Shown one piece after another: positions 23,196 to 31,624 of a stretch of 32,000 nt of DNA (position 1 is the stretch's first letter; each line of letters opens with the position of its first letter). Origin of the DNA: Schaalia odontolytica (GTDB lineage Bacteria; Actinomycetota; Actinomycetes; Actinomycetales; Actinomycetaceae); contig NZ_CP040006.1 of NCBI RefSeq assembly GCF_005696695.1, positions 600,001-632,000 of the forward strand, given 5' to 3'. Under the pieces are notes generated by a model, which was not told the origin of the DNA, did no database searches, and worked only from the letters and a program-made list of their open reading frames with translations. The translations under genes and the position numbers were made by a program.

Positions 23196-24377
23196 GTGAA
23201 CAAGCGGACCATCGCCGCCCTCGCAACCACTGCGACCGCGGCCTCTTTGGCCCTTGGAGCTTGCTCGACCACGCCCGCCGCCACCCCCGCAGCCTCCGCG
23301 AAGGTCTGCGCCGCCATCTCCGGAGCCCACGGCGACGCCGCCACGGACCCCGTCGCGACCGCCCTCGCGGGTGCCGCGAACGACGCGTCTGTCGCCTTCG
23401 AGGCGGCCAGCGGGCAGGAGGCCCCGGCCTCGCTCGTGACCTCCGGCTGCACGCTGATCGTGGGCACGGACTCGACCATGGCCGCCTCGATCTCCGAGGC
23501 CGCACGCTCCAACCCGAAGGTCCGCTTCGCCCTCGTGGGCGCCTCCTTCGTTGACTCCAAGGGTGCCGCGACCTCCCTGAAGAACGGCTCGGTCGTCGAC
23601 GTGGACGCCTCGCAGGCCGCCTACCTGGCCGGCTACGCCTCCGCGGGCATGACGACTACGGGCACGCTCGCCGTCATCGGCGGTGAGCGCGACAACGTCA
23701 CCAGCTCGCAGATGTCCGCGTTCTCCCAGGGTGTGGACGCCTACAACCTGGCCAACGGCACGTCGATCACCGTGCTCGGCTGGAACCCCGTGACGAGCGA
23801 CGGCACGTACGCGGGCAGCGCCGACGAGGTGCGCGCGGCGACCGCCGACGCGATCTCTCAGGGCGCCGACATCATCGCCCCCTTCGCCGGTGAGGCCAAC
23901 GAGGGCGCAGCGCGCGCCGTCACCGAGGCCGCCAACCCGACCGTGCGCCTCGTGTGGTCGGGCCTGACGAAGAACGACCTGAAGGGCCTGACCCGCGACG
24001 AGGCCCAGTCGGCCGAGACCGCGCCGATGTCCGGCCAGTCCGGCGCGACGGTGACCCAGCAGGTGGACACGCAGTCATTCGCGGACGCGTTCAGCTACAT
24101 CCAGATCTCCGACGAGGTCCGCTCCGCCATCGGCGCTCCCGTGCTGACGGGCGTCGTCGTGGATTACAAGGCCGCGATGGACACCCTCATCGCCCAGGCC
24201 TCCGCGGGCGAGAAGGCATCCGTCGTCCCGGTGTCCCTGGCCTCGGGCGGCGTGATCCTCACGGGCTTTGGCGCCTACACGCCGATGCTGTCCTCCGAGC
24301 TCAAGCTGGGCCTGTCCGACATGGCCGGCCAGATCGAGACGGGTGGCATGGTCATCTCCACGCCCTTCGACGTGTGA
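23196..24377 (+). CDS. BMP family (PnrA-like) lipoprotein / ABC substrate-binding protein
   Basis: GTG 23196 gives the signal peptide NKRTIAALATTATAASLALGA-C with a lipobox; GTG 23157 is also possible. The body resembles basic membrane protein/nucleoside-binding lipoproteins (VRFALVG...AAYLAGYASAGMTTTGTLAVIGG). No ABC permease or ATPase genes are adjacent. Confidence 0.75.
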   Translation: MNKRTIAALATTATAASLALGACSTTPAATPAASAKVCAAISGAHGDAATDPVATALAGAANDASVAFEAASGQEAPASLVTSGCTLIVGTDSTMAASISEAARSNPKVRFALVGASFVDSKGAATSLKNGSVVDVDASQAAYLAGYASAGMTTTGTLAVIGGERDNVTSSQMSAFSQGVDAYNLANGTSITVLGWNPVTSDGTYAGSADEVRAATADAISQGADIIAPFAGEANEGAARAVTEAANPTVRLVWSGLTKNDLKGLTRDEAQSAETAPMSGQSGATVTQQVDTQSFADAFSYIQISDEVRSAIGAPVLTGVVVDYKAAMDTLIAQASAGEKASVVPVSLASGGVILTGFGAYTPMLSSELKLGLSDMAGQIETGGMVISTPFDV

Positions 24378-24398
24378 GCTGACGGTATAGACAGAAGT

Positions 24399-24422
24399 GC
24401 CCCGGGGACGCGTCCCCGGGGC
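24399..24422. terminator. Perfect 24-nt palindrome between convergent genes (bidirectional terminator)
   Basis: GCCCCGGGGACG/CGTCCCCGGGGC at 24399-24422, between the BMP gene stop (24377) and the stop of the minus-strand ORF (24437). Confidence 0.6.
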
Positions 24423-24436
24423 GCAACTGTTTGGTC

Positions 24437-25210
24437 TCAGGCTCCCAGCACTGCCAGCGTCGCGCCCGCGCACAGACCGTCCGCGTCCAACACGAAAGCC
24501 GGGTCCACGCAGTACAGGCCCGGGCCAGTGGGAGCGGCGGCAGAGGTGCTCAGCGCATCCGCCAGCGCGGCGCGGACCCGCTCCTCGGGCACAGAGGCGC
24601 TCAGGGCGCGCCCGTCCGAGGAAACGCTCAGGGAGAGCGCAGCGCCCTCCTCGACAACCGGCACGCCCAGACGCTCCAGGAGAGTCGCCAGGAGCCCCGA
24701 GGCCTCGTCGATCGACACGGAGGCCGCGCGTGCGCCGGAAGGCTCCAGCGAGGCAATACGCGAGGCGCAGCGGTCCACGTACGCGCCGATCATTCCGTCG
24801 CCTACCGACTCCCAGCCTCCCTGCGAACGGGGGAGGGACGAGCCGTCCCCGCATGTGGCCACGGCCTCGTTGATGAGGGCCAACTCAGCCTCGGGGGCCA
24901 GAGCACCCTCGCGCGAGCGGTCGATCGCGCGCCCACCCAGGTAGATGAGGGCCTCTCCCGACGCACGCACGTACACGGCGCCGTCCGCCATCACCATGCG
25001 CACCGAAAACGCCGTCAGGGGAGCGGGGAGTGCACGCGGCATGAGCAGGGCGTGCCCGCCGGACGCTTCGATGATCGCAGCGCCGTCGCGCGCCGCGTCC
25101 TGATTCTCAGGGGTTTCGTAGCCGATGATCAGGCGGAAACGGCCCCCGGTTCGCGCGGACAGGAAAGAAGCGATACCCGCAAACAGCAACGGGCTTGCAC
25201 AGCGTGTCAT
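24437..25210 (-). CDS. Hypothetical protein (257 aa)
   Basis: This minus frame has coherent GC3-rich codon usage and an ordinary amino-acid composition, unlike the Arg/Pro-rich overlapping plus-strand ORFs. No Shine-Dalgarno sequence is evident at ATG 25210 and no family was recognised. Confidence 0.5.
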   Translation of the reverse strand: MTRCASPLLFAGIASFLSARTGGRFRLIIGYETPENQDAARDGAAIIEASGGHALLMPRALPAPLTAFSVRMVMADGAVYVRASGEALIYLGGRAIDRSREGALAPEAELALINEAVATCGDGSSLPRSQGGWESVGDGMIGAYVDRCASRIASLEPSGARAASVSIDEASGLLATLLERLGVPVVEEGAALSLSVSSDGRALSASVPEERVRAALADALSTSAAAPTGPGLYCVDPAFVLDADGLCAGATLAVLGA

Positions 25211-25349
25211 GTGCTGAGGGTAACACCTTGGGTGGTCCGCGCAAAAACCGGTATCAGGAACGAGGCCGGGGCGCGCTCCCGGGAAACGGCGGAGGGACGC
25301 AGGTGGGGGAGTGCGCCGCTATCCTGGAGGCATCCATGAAGGAGGAACC

Positions 25350-26531
25350 ATGCAGCTGACGAACCTGACGGACCCGGTCGAGCTCACGCGCCAGATGATC
25401 GATATTCCCTCGGTGTCGGGAGAGGAAGGGCCCCTGGCTGACGCCGTCGAGGCGGCCCTGCGCGGTGCCGGATTCGGATCGGTCCCGTCCCTGGAGATCC
25501 TGCGCGACGGTGACGCCGTGTGTGCGCGGACCCGTCTCGGCCTCGACCAGCGCGTGGTTCTCGCCGGGCACCTCGATACCGTCCCCATCGCCGACAATGT
25601 CCCCGGTCGCTTCGAGGAGCGCGACGGGGCCGCGGTCCTGTGGGGTCGTGGGTCGGTCGACATGCTTGGAGGGTGCGCGGCGGCGCTCGCGCTCGCGTGC
25701 GAGGTTGGCGCTCTCCTCCGTTCCAGCGACGAGGCTGCGCTGAGCGCCGACGTCACCTGGATTTTCTACGATCACGAGGAGGTCGCCTCCCACCTCAATG
25801 GCCTGGGGCGTGTCCAGCGCAATCACCCCGAGTGGCTCGCCGGCGACCTGGCGCTGCTGGGTGAGCCGACCGCCGCCCACGTGGAGGGCGGCTGCAACGG
25901 CACGCTGCGCGTCATCGCGCACTTCCCGGGTCGGGCCTCACACTCGGCGCGCGCGTGGATGGGCGTCAATGCGATCCACGCGATGGCCCCCGTCATCGAG
26001 CGCATCGCTGCCTACGGAAACCCCGTCGTCACCGTCGATGGCCTCGAATTCCGCGAATCCCTCTCGGTCGTACGCGTCGAGGGCGGTATCGCCAATAACG
26101 TGATCCCCGAAGCTGCGTCGATGACCGTCAACTACCGCTTCGCTCCCTCCACGCGCGCGGATGACGCCCTGGAGTGGGTGCGCGGGCTCTTCGAGGGCAC
26201 GGGCGCCATGATCGAGGTCGACGACCTGTGTGAGGGGGCCAGGCCGGGAGCGGACTCTGACGTCGCCCAGCGCTTCCTGTCGGTCGCCCACCAGGTCGCG
26301 GCTTCGCGGGGCGAGGAGCTGCAGCTGAGCGCGAAGGTCGGCTGGACCGACGTCGCGCGCTTCACCCAGGTCGGCGTGCCCGCCATGAACTTCGGACCGG
26401 GCAACCCGCTGCTGGCGCACACGCGCGACGAACATACGCCCGTATCCGATATCGTGAAGGTGCACGACACGCTGCGAGCGTTCGTGCTCGCGCAGCCGAC
26501 ACCGACGCCGGCACCACATAGGGAGGCATGA
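25350..26531 (+). CDS. dapE: Succinyl-diaminopimelate desuccinylase (M20 family)
   Basis: ATG 25350 follows GAAGGAGGAACC. The N-terminus is LTRQMIDIPSVSGEEGPLADAVE, with the metal-binding LAGHLDTVP. The dimerisation-domain region and C-terminal GPGNPLLAHTRDEH are typical of actinobacterial DapE. Confidence 0.9.
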   Translation: MQLTNLTDPVELTRQMIDIPSVSGEEGPLADAVEAALRGAGFGSVPSLEILRDGDAVCARTRLGLDQRVVLAGHLDTVPIADNVPGRFEERDGAAVLWGRGSVDMLGGCAAALALACEVGALLRSSDEAALSADVTWIFYDHEEVASHLNGLGRVQRNHPEWLAGDLALLGEPTAAHVEGGCNGTLRVIAHFPGRASHSARAWMGVNAIHAMAPVIERIAAYGNPVVTVDGLEFRESLSVVRVEGGIANNVIPEAASMTVNYRFAPSTRADDALEWVRGLFEGTGAMIEVDDLCEGARPGADSDVAQRFLSVAHQVAASRGEELQLSAKVGWTDVARFTQVGVPAMNFGPGNPLLAHTRDEHTPVSDIVKVHDTLRAFVLAQPTPTPAPHREA

Positions 26532-27259
26532 CCATGACCAAGCCGACGCACACATACCGCCGCGGATCCGTCGTCCTGCGAGGGGACCAGATCCCGCGCA
26601 TGACCTCGGATGCATCGCTGCTCCAGTCCGACCAGAGCGCGGACTGGAAGCACGAGGACCCGTGGCGGGTCTTGCGCATCCAGTCCGAGTTCGTCGAGGG
26701 CTTCGAGGCCCTCGCGGAGGTCGGCCCCGCCATCTCGGTGTTCGGTTCTGCTCGCACCCGCCCCGACGATCCCCTCTACGAGTGCGCCCAGCGCATCGGC
26801 GAGCTCCTCGTGGATCGCGGCTACGCGGTCATCACGGGCGGCGGCCCCGGCATGATGGAGGCCGCGAACCGCGGCGCGTGGGAGGCTGGCGGAACGTCGA
26901 TCGGCCTGGGGATCGAGCTGCCCCACGAGCAGGGCTTGAACCAGTGGGTAAACCTGGGCGTCAACTTCCGCTACTTCTTCGCCCGTAAGACCATGTTCGT
27001 CAAGTACTCGCAGGGCTTCATCGTGATGCCCGGGGGTTTTGGGACCATGGATGAGCTCTTCGAGTCCGCGACCCTCGTGCAGACGGGGAAGATCCGTTCC
27101 TTCCCGGTGGTCCTTGTGGGGACCGACTACTGGTCGGGCCTGGTCGATTGGATCCGCTCCTCGATGGTCGATGCCGGCATGATTTCGCCCGGTGACGTGG
27201 ACCTGCTCCGCGTCGTGGACGACCCGGAGCAGGCCGTGCGTCTGGCAACGGGTGCCTAG
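26528..27259 (+). CDS. LOG family (TIGR00730) protein, cytokinin riboside 5'-monophosphate phosphoribohydrolase-like
   Basis: ATGA overlap with the dapE stop. Motifs: VFGSAR, TGGGPGMMEAANRGA and PGGFGTMDELFE. Confidence 0.9.
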   Translation: MTMTKPTHTYRRGSVVLRGDQIPRMTSDASLLQSDQSADWKHEDPWRVLRIQSEFVEGFEALAEVGPAISVFGSARTRPDDPLYECAQRIGELLVDRGYAVITGGGPGMMEAANRGAWEAGGTSIGLGIELPHEQGLNQWVNLGVNFRYFFARKTMFVKYSQGFIVMPGGFGTMDELFESATLVQTGKIRSFPVVLVGTDYWSGLVDWIRSSMVDAGMISPGDVDLLRVVDDPEQAVRLATGA

Positions 27260-27451
27260 TAGTTTCACACCCTTTATGCGGGTGCTATGTTCTGTCAAAC
27301 TCCACTTATTACAGGCCTAATTAATCGATTGGCTTATTTTTCTTTGATTACTCTTTGCGATGTGTTAAGGAAAAATGGCGCTTATCCGGTAAAATAGGTA
27401 TGTTACCCCGCCTGAGGAGGCGCGGGCATAACTCTGAGAAGGAGTACTCTC

Positions 27452-27616
27452 ATGGCAGCAATGAAGCCTCGCACGGGGGATGGACCCCTCGAAGTCAGCG
27501 CCGAAGGGCGCGGTATCGTCATGCGAATTCCCAGCGAAGGGGGCGGGCGGCTCGTCATTGAGCTGACCGCGCAGGAGGCGGCGGAACTCGCCGAAGCTCT
27601 CGGAGCGGCCATCTGA
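27452..27616 (+). CDS. DUF3117 family small conserved actinobacterial protein (54 aa)
   Basis: Not in the ORF track, whose shortest listed ORFs are about 60 aa. ATG 27452 follows GAGAAGGAG. The translation is MAAMKPRTGDGPLEVSAEGRGIVMRIPSEGGGRLVIELTAQEAAELAEALGAAI. The MAAMKPRTGDGPLEV...GRGIVMR.P.EGGGRLV.EL core is the near-invariant DUF3117 signature. Confidence 0.85.
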   Translation: MAAMKPRTGDGPLEVSAEGRGIVMRIPSEGGGRLVIELTAQEAAELAEALGAAI

Positions 27617-27627
27617 CAGATAGAGAT

Positions 27628-27663
27628 GAAGCGGCGGAACAGGATCTCCTGTTCCGCCGCTTC
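27628..27663. terminator. Bidirectional hairpin terminator
   Basis: GAAGCGGCGGAACAGGA (27628-27644) pairs with TCCTGTTCCGCCGCTTC (27647-27663), a 17-bp arm, between the DUF3117 stop and the convergent methyltransferase stop (27681). Confidence 0.7.
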
Positions 27664-27680
27664 TACGTAAATGGGGGTGC

Positions 27681-28310
27681 TCAGCGCTTGACGGCGACCG
27701 CCAGGCCGTCGCCGACGGGCAGCAGCGCGGGCACGAACTCATCGGAATCGCGCAGGTAGTTGACGACCTCGCGGGCGACCACGGTGAGCGCGTCGCGGCG
27801 CGCGGGGTCGGCGACCTGGTCGCGCCACAGGGCGTGCACGAAAGCGATCGTTCCGCCGGGGCGCAGGATGCGCACCGCGTGATCGAGGTACTGAGGGGTT
27901 TCCTCCAGGTCGCCGTCCAGGACGACCATGTCGTAGCCGCGGGCAGCCATGCGAGGCAGCACGTCGAGGGCGCGCCCGGCGATGAGGCGCGTACGATGCG
28001 AGGACAGGCCTGCGGCGGCGAAGTTGCGGCGCGCGTGGCCCAGCAGCTCAGACTCGGAGTCGATCGTCGTGAGGACGCCGTCGGCGGCCATGCCGTCCAG
28101 CAGCCACAGGCCGGACACGCCCGCGCCCGTGCCCACTTCCAGGACCGCGCGTGCGCCGGAGACGGCCGCCAGCATGCGTAGGGCAGCACCGGTACCGGCA
28201 GACACGGGGGAAGCGCCCATTTCGGTAGCGACGGCGCGTGCGGCGGTCAGCGCGTCGCTTTCCGCCACGTAGTCCTCGGTGTACACCCACGTCTGGGCCT
28301 TGTCCGCCAT
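27681..28310 (-). CDS. Class I SAM-dependent O-methyltransferase (caffeoyl-CoA O-methyltransferase-like)
   Basis: The internal ATG at 28310 follows GAGGATACGGCG. The product is MADKAQTWVYTEDY... with SAM motif I AVLEVGTGAGVSGLWLL and the DMVVLDGD acidic motif. The longer 28448 start encodes junk. Confidence 0.85.
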   Translation of the reverse strand: MADKAQTWVYTEDYVAESDALTAARAVATEMGASPVSAGTGAALRMLAAVSGARAVLEVGTGAGVSGLWLLDGMAADGVLTTIDSESELLGHARRNFAAAGLSSHRTRLIAGRALDVLPRMAARGYDMVVLDGDLEETPQYLDHAVRILRPGGTIAFVHALWRDQVADPARRDALTVVAREVVNYLRDSDEFVPALLPVGDGLAVAVKR

Positions 28311-28458
28311 CGCCGTATCCTCACTCGTGTTTGATCGCCTGGGTGAGGTACGCCTGCGCGTTGATGCCTCCCCAGGCATCAGGGTACAGGCGAGGATGCG
28401 CAAGGGCGCGCTGGCGCTCCGAAAATACTCGAAAACCTCACCTGACAAGCATGCGAAA

Positions 28459-28490
28459 CCCCGGCCTCGTCAATGGGGACGAGGCCGGGG
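28459..28490 (-). terminator. Intrinsic terminator after mrp (minus strand)
   Basis: CCCCGGCCTCGTC (28459-28471) pairs with GACGAGGCCGGGG (28478-28490), a 13-bp stem. On the minus strand it is followed by TTTCG. Confidence 0.7.
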
Positions 28491-28505
28491 CGAAGCCCTG
28501 AGGGC

Positions 28506-29636
28506 TCAGTGCTGGATGGGGGAGACCCCGAGGGGGCGGCCCGCCAGGCCGCGGTTCGCCGACGACAGCTGCTTGGCGAGGGCAGTGAGCTCCTCGGCGG
28601 CAGGGCCTGAGGCGACGGCGACGGGCTCGCCGCGGTCGCCGCCCTCACGCAGCGCGATGTCGAGGGGCACCTGGGCCAGCAGCGGCACGGAGTAGCCCAG
28701 CTGCGCGGTCAGGCGCTGCGAGACGGACTCGCCGCCGCCCGCACCGAAGATCTCCAGGCGCGAGCCGTCGGGCTGAGGCAGGAAGGACATGTTTTCGACG
28801 ACGCCGATGACCTTCTGGTTCGTCTGGGCTGCGATAGAACCGGCGCGCTCGGCGACCTCGGCGGCCGCGACCTGCGGGGTCGTCACGACGAGGATCTCCG
28901 AGTTGGGCAGCAGCTGCGCGATCGAGATCGCGACGTCGCCCGTGCCCGGAGGCATGTCGATGAGCAGGACGTCCAGGTCACCCCAGAACACGTCCGCGAG
29001 GAACTGCTGGAGGGCGCGGTGGAGCATGGGGCCGCGCCAGATGACGGCCTGGCCGTCGGGCACGAACATACCGATCGAGATGACCTTGACGCCGCCGGCG
29101 CCCACGGGCGGGATCATCATGCCGTCGATGACCTGCGGGTCGTGGTCCACGCCGAGCATGCGCGGGATCGAGAAGCCGTAGATGTCCGCGTCCATGACGC
29201 CGACCTTGAGGCCCTGCGCGGCCAGCGCGGCGGCCAGGTTCGCGGTCATGGAGGACTTGCCGACGCCGCCCTTACCCGAGGTGACAGCGATGACGCGCGT
29301 GAGGGAGTCGGGGCGAGAGAAGGGGATCTCGCGCTCGGGACGACCGCCGTTGAGCTTCTCGCGCAGCGCCTTCTTCTGGGCCTCGTCCATGACGCCCATC
29401 TCGACGGAGACGTTCTCGACGCCTTCGACGGCGCCCACGCGCTCGGTGACGTCCTTCGTGATCTGGGTGCGCAGGGGGCACCCGGCGGTGGTGAGCAGGA
29501 CCTTGACGGCGACGGAGGAGCCGTCGATCGTGACCAGGTCGGGGGTCACCATGTTGAGGTCGGTGATGGGGCGGCGGATCTCGGGGTCGATGACCTGGCC
29601 GAGAGCCTCCATGACGGAATCAAGCGTGACTGGCAT
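28506..29636 (-). CDS. mrp: Mrp/ApbC/NBP35 family Fe-S cluster carrier ATPase
   Basis: The N-terminal DUF59-like segment is ALGQVIDPEIRRPITDLNMV. The deviant Walker A is AVTSGKGGVGKSS, followed by LLIDMPPGTGD. ATG 29636 is preferred over 29666, which would overlap the upstream gene by 20 nt. Confidence 0.9.
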   Translation of the reverse strand: MPVTLDSVMEALGQVIDPEIRRPITDLNMVTPDLVTIDGSSVAVKVLLTTAGCPLRTQITKDVTERVGAVEGVENVSVEMGVMDEAQKKALREKLNGGRPEREIPFSRPDSLTRVIAVTSGKGGVGKSSMTANLAAALAAQGLKVGVMDADIYGFSIPRMLGVDHDPQVIDGMMIPPVGAGGVKVISIGMFVPDGQAVIWRGPMLHRALQQFLADVFWGDLDVLLIDMPPGTGDVAISIAQLLPNSEILVVTTPQVAAAEVAERAGSIAAQTNQKVIGVVENMSFLPQPDGSRLEIFGAGGGESVSQRLTAQLGYSVPLLAQVPLDIALREGGDRGEPVAVASGPAAEELTALAKQLSSANRGLAGRPLGVSPIQH

Positions 29637-29646
29637 GGACTCCACT

Positions 29647-30228
29647 CTACTGGCCGGTGTGCCCATCTTCTAGGGGACGAAAGGCACCGTCGCCCTCGGC
29701 CTCGGGCTCAGCCTCTGCCTCGTTCGACGAGGCGTTGGCCGCGTCCGCGGCGATCTCCGCACGCAGGTCTTCCAGCATGTCGCGCAGCTCGGAGCGCACG
29801 AAGTCGCGCGTGGCGACGTCCTGGAGCGCCAGGCGCAGGCCTGCGATCTCGCGAGCGAGGTACTCGGTGTCGGCGAGGTTACGCTCCGCGCGAAGGCGGT
29901 CCTGCTCGGCCACGACGCGGTCGCGGGCGTCCTGGCGGTTCTGCGCGAGCATAATCAGCGGGGCCGAGTACGAGGCCTGGGTCGAGAACGCGAGGTTCAG
30001 GAGGATGAAGGGGTAGGGGTCCCAGGCGGCTTCCTCGCTGATGCCGGCGAGCATCAGGTTCGCGCCGATCCACGCGATGACGAAGATCGTCATGTAGAGG
30101 ACGAACTTGGGCGAGCCCATGAAGCGGGCGGTGGCCTCGGCGAAGCGGCCGAAGCCGTCGCCGCTGCCCGACGAGCGGCGGAAGAACCACCGACGCTTGT
30201 CGATCGGGTTATCCAAACGATCAGCCAT
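29647..30228 (-). CDS. DUF1003 domain-containing membrane protein
   Basis: ATG follows AAGGAGCATCG. It has two TM helices (FVLYMTIFVIAWIGANLML, PFILLNLAFSTQASYSAPLIML), then AQNRQ and a coiled coil, as in DUF1003. Its start overlaps the stop of the upstream gene by 8 nt. Confidence 0.85.
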   Translation of the reverse strand: MADRLDNPIDKRRWFFRRSSGSGDGFGRFAEATARFMGSPKFVLYMTIFVIAWIGANLMLAGISEEAAWDPYPFILLNLAFSTQASYSAPLIMLAQNRQDARDRVVAEQDRLRAERNLADTEYLAREIAGLRLALQDVATRDFVRSELRDMLEDLRAEIAADAANASSNEAEAEPEAEGDGAFRPLEDGHTGQ

Positions 30229-31525
30229 CGATGCTCCTTGCCATCATGCGGTCGGTCACGTCGTCGTCGAAGTCTCGCCAGTCCTCGGGCAGCAGCTCGT
30301 CAAGGACGTCATCGACCGAGACGGCGCCGTGTAGGTGCCCGTCCTCGTCGACGACGGGCAGGACCGTCAGGTTGTAGGTTGCGAGCAGACGTGTCACGGT
30401 CGCGATGTGCGCGTTGGGGTCCACGGACTCGATGTCGCGGTCCAGGATCGTGCCGAGCAGCGTCTGAGGTGGCTCGCGCAGCGCGCGCTGGATGTGGACC
30501 ATGCCCAGGTACTGGCCGGTCGGCGTCTCCTGGGGCGGGCGTGCGATGAAGGCGACGGTCGCGATCGAGGCCGGGATGTCCTCGCGTCGCACGGCCGCGA
30601 GCATCTGCGCGACGGTCGCGTTGGGACCGAAAATGACGGGCTCGGTGGTCATGAGCGAACCCGCGGTCGACTCGTCGTAGGTCATGAGTCGGCGAACGTC
30701 CTCGGCCTCTTCGGGCTCCATGAGGGCGAGCAGGGACTGAGCCTTCGCGGCGGGCAGCTCGGCGACGAGGTCGGCCGCGTCGTCAGGCTGCATGACGTCC
30801 AGGACGTCGGCGGCTCGGGCGGCTTCCAGCGCGGAGACGATCGCGATACGGTCGTCGTTACCCAGCTCCTCGAGCACGTCGGCGAGGCGCGCGTCCGTCA
30901 GCTGCATGGCGACCGCCATCTTGCGATCCTGGGGGAGCGTGTGCATGAAGTCCGCCAGGTCAGCGGGGCGCATGTCCTCCGTGTACTGCAGCAGCGCGGT
31001 CGCCGCCTGGTTCGAGTCGGTCTTGAGCAGGCCCGACACCTCGGACACGTCGACCGTGAGGGTCTCTCCGCTGCGCGTGAAACCGAGGGAGGACGTACGC
31101 ACGCGCTGGACGTGCAGCGTGGAGATCACCCAGTCCTTGGGACGGCGCTGACGCATCGCGACGTCGAGGATACGCACCTGGCCCGAGCCGTCGTTCATGG
31201 TGACGACGCGGTCGAAGAGCTCGGAGAGTACGAGCGTCTCGATGGGACGCTGCGTGAACGAACGAATGTTGAGCAGGCCCGTCGTGATGACCGAGCCGGC
31301 CTCGATCGCGGTGACTCGAGTGAGCGGCAGGAAGACACGCTTACGCGGGCCGACCTCGACGACGAAGCCGATGACGTTGGCTTCGGATTTCAGCCGAAAG
31401 ATGACAACGACATCGTGGATCTTGCCGACTTGGTCGCCCAAAGGGTCGAAAACACTAGTGCCAGCGAGCTTTCCGATGTAGACGCGGCGGCCCTTGGTGC
31501 CTAGTTCAATAGATGCGATGCTCAC
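30221..31525 (-). CDS. MgtE N-terminal domain + CBS pair protein without membrane domain (N-terminal PRC-barrel-like region)
   Basis: GTG 31525. The MgtE_N-like helical region is EDMRPADLADFMHTLPQDRKMAVAMQLTDARLADVLEELGNDD, followed by two CBS motifs (...GSLMTTEPVIFGPNATV... and ...TYNLTVLPVVDEDGHLHGAVSVDDVLD). No TM segments. 434 aa. Confidence 0.85.
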   Translation of the reverse strand: MSIASIELGTKGRRVYIGKLAGTSVFDPLGDQVGKIHDVVVIFRLKSEANVIGFVVEVGPRKRVFLPLTRVTAIEAGSVITTGLLNIRSFTQRPIETLVLSELFDRVVTMNDGSGQVRILDVAMRQRRPKDWVISTLHVQRVRTSSLGFTRSGETLTVDVSEVSGLLKTDSNQAATALLQYTEDMRPADLADFMHTLPQDRKMAVAMQLTDARLADVLEELGNDDRIAIVSALEAARAADVLDVMQPDDAADLVAELPAAKAQSLLALMEPEEAEDVRRLMTYDESTAGSLMTTEPVIFGPNATVAQMLAAVRREDIPASIATVAFIARPPQETPTGQYLGMVHIQRALREPPQTLLGTILDRDIESVDPNAHIATVTRLLATYNLTVLPVVDEDGHLHGAVSVDDVLDELLPEDWRDFDDDVTDRMMARSIDG

Positions 31526-31624
31526 TCTTCCATCTTAGGCTGGTGACCACAGATGCGTACTGATGAGCCGGTCGCCGCATGAACAATGCGTTCCATGCCA
31601 CCGAGGCCGGGACGAAGGAGAAGA

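Noticed and set aside
24397-25339. Plus-strand ORFs 24397..24873 and 24431..25339, and minus-strand ORF 24075..24854.
   Set aside because: They are extremely Arg/Pro/Gly-rich and their third codon positions are not GC-biased. The alternative minus frame 24437..25210 has coherent codon usage and was kept as the gene call, at modest confidence.
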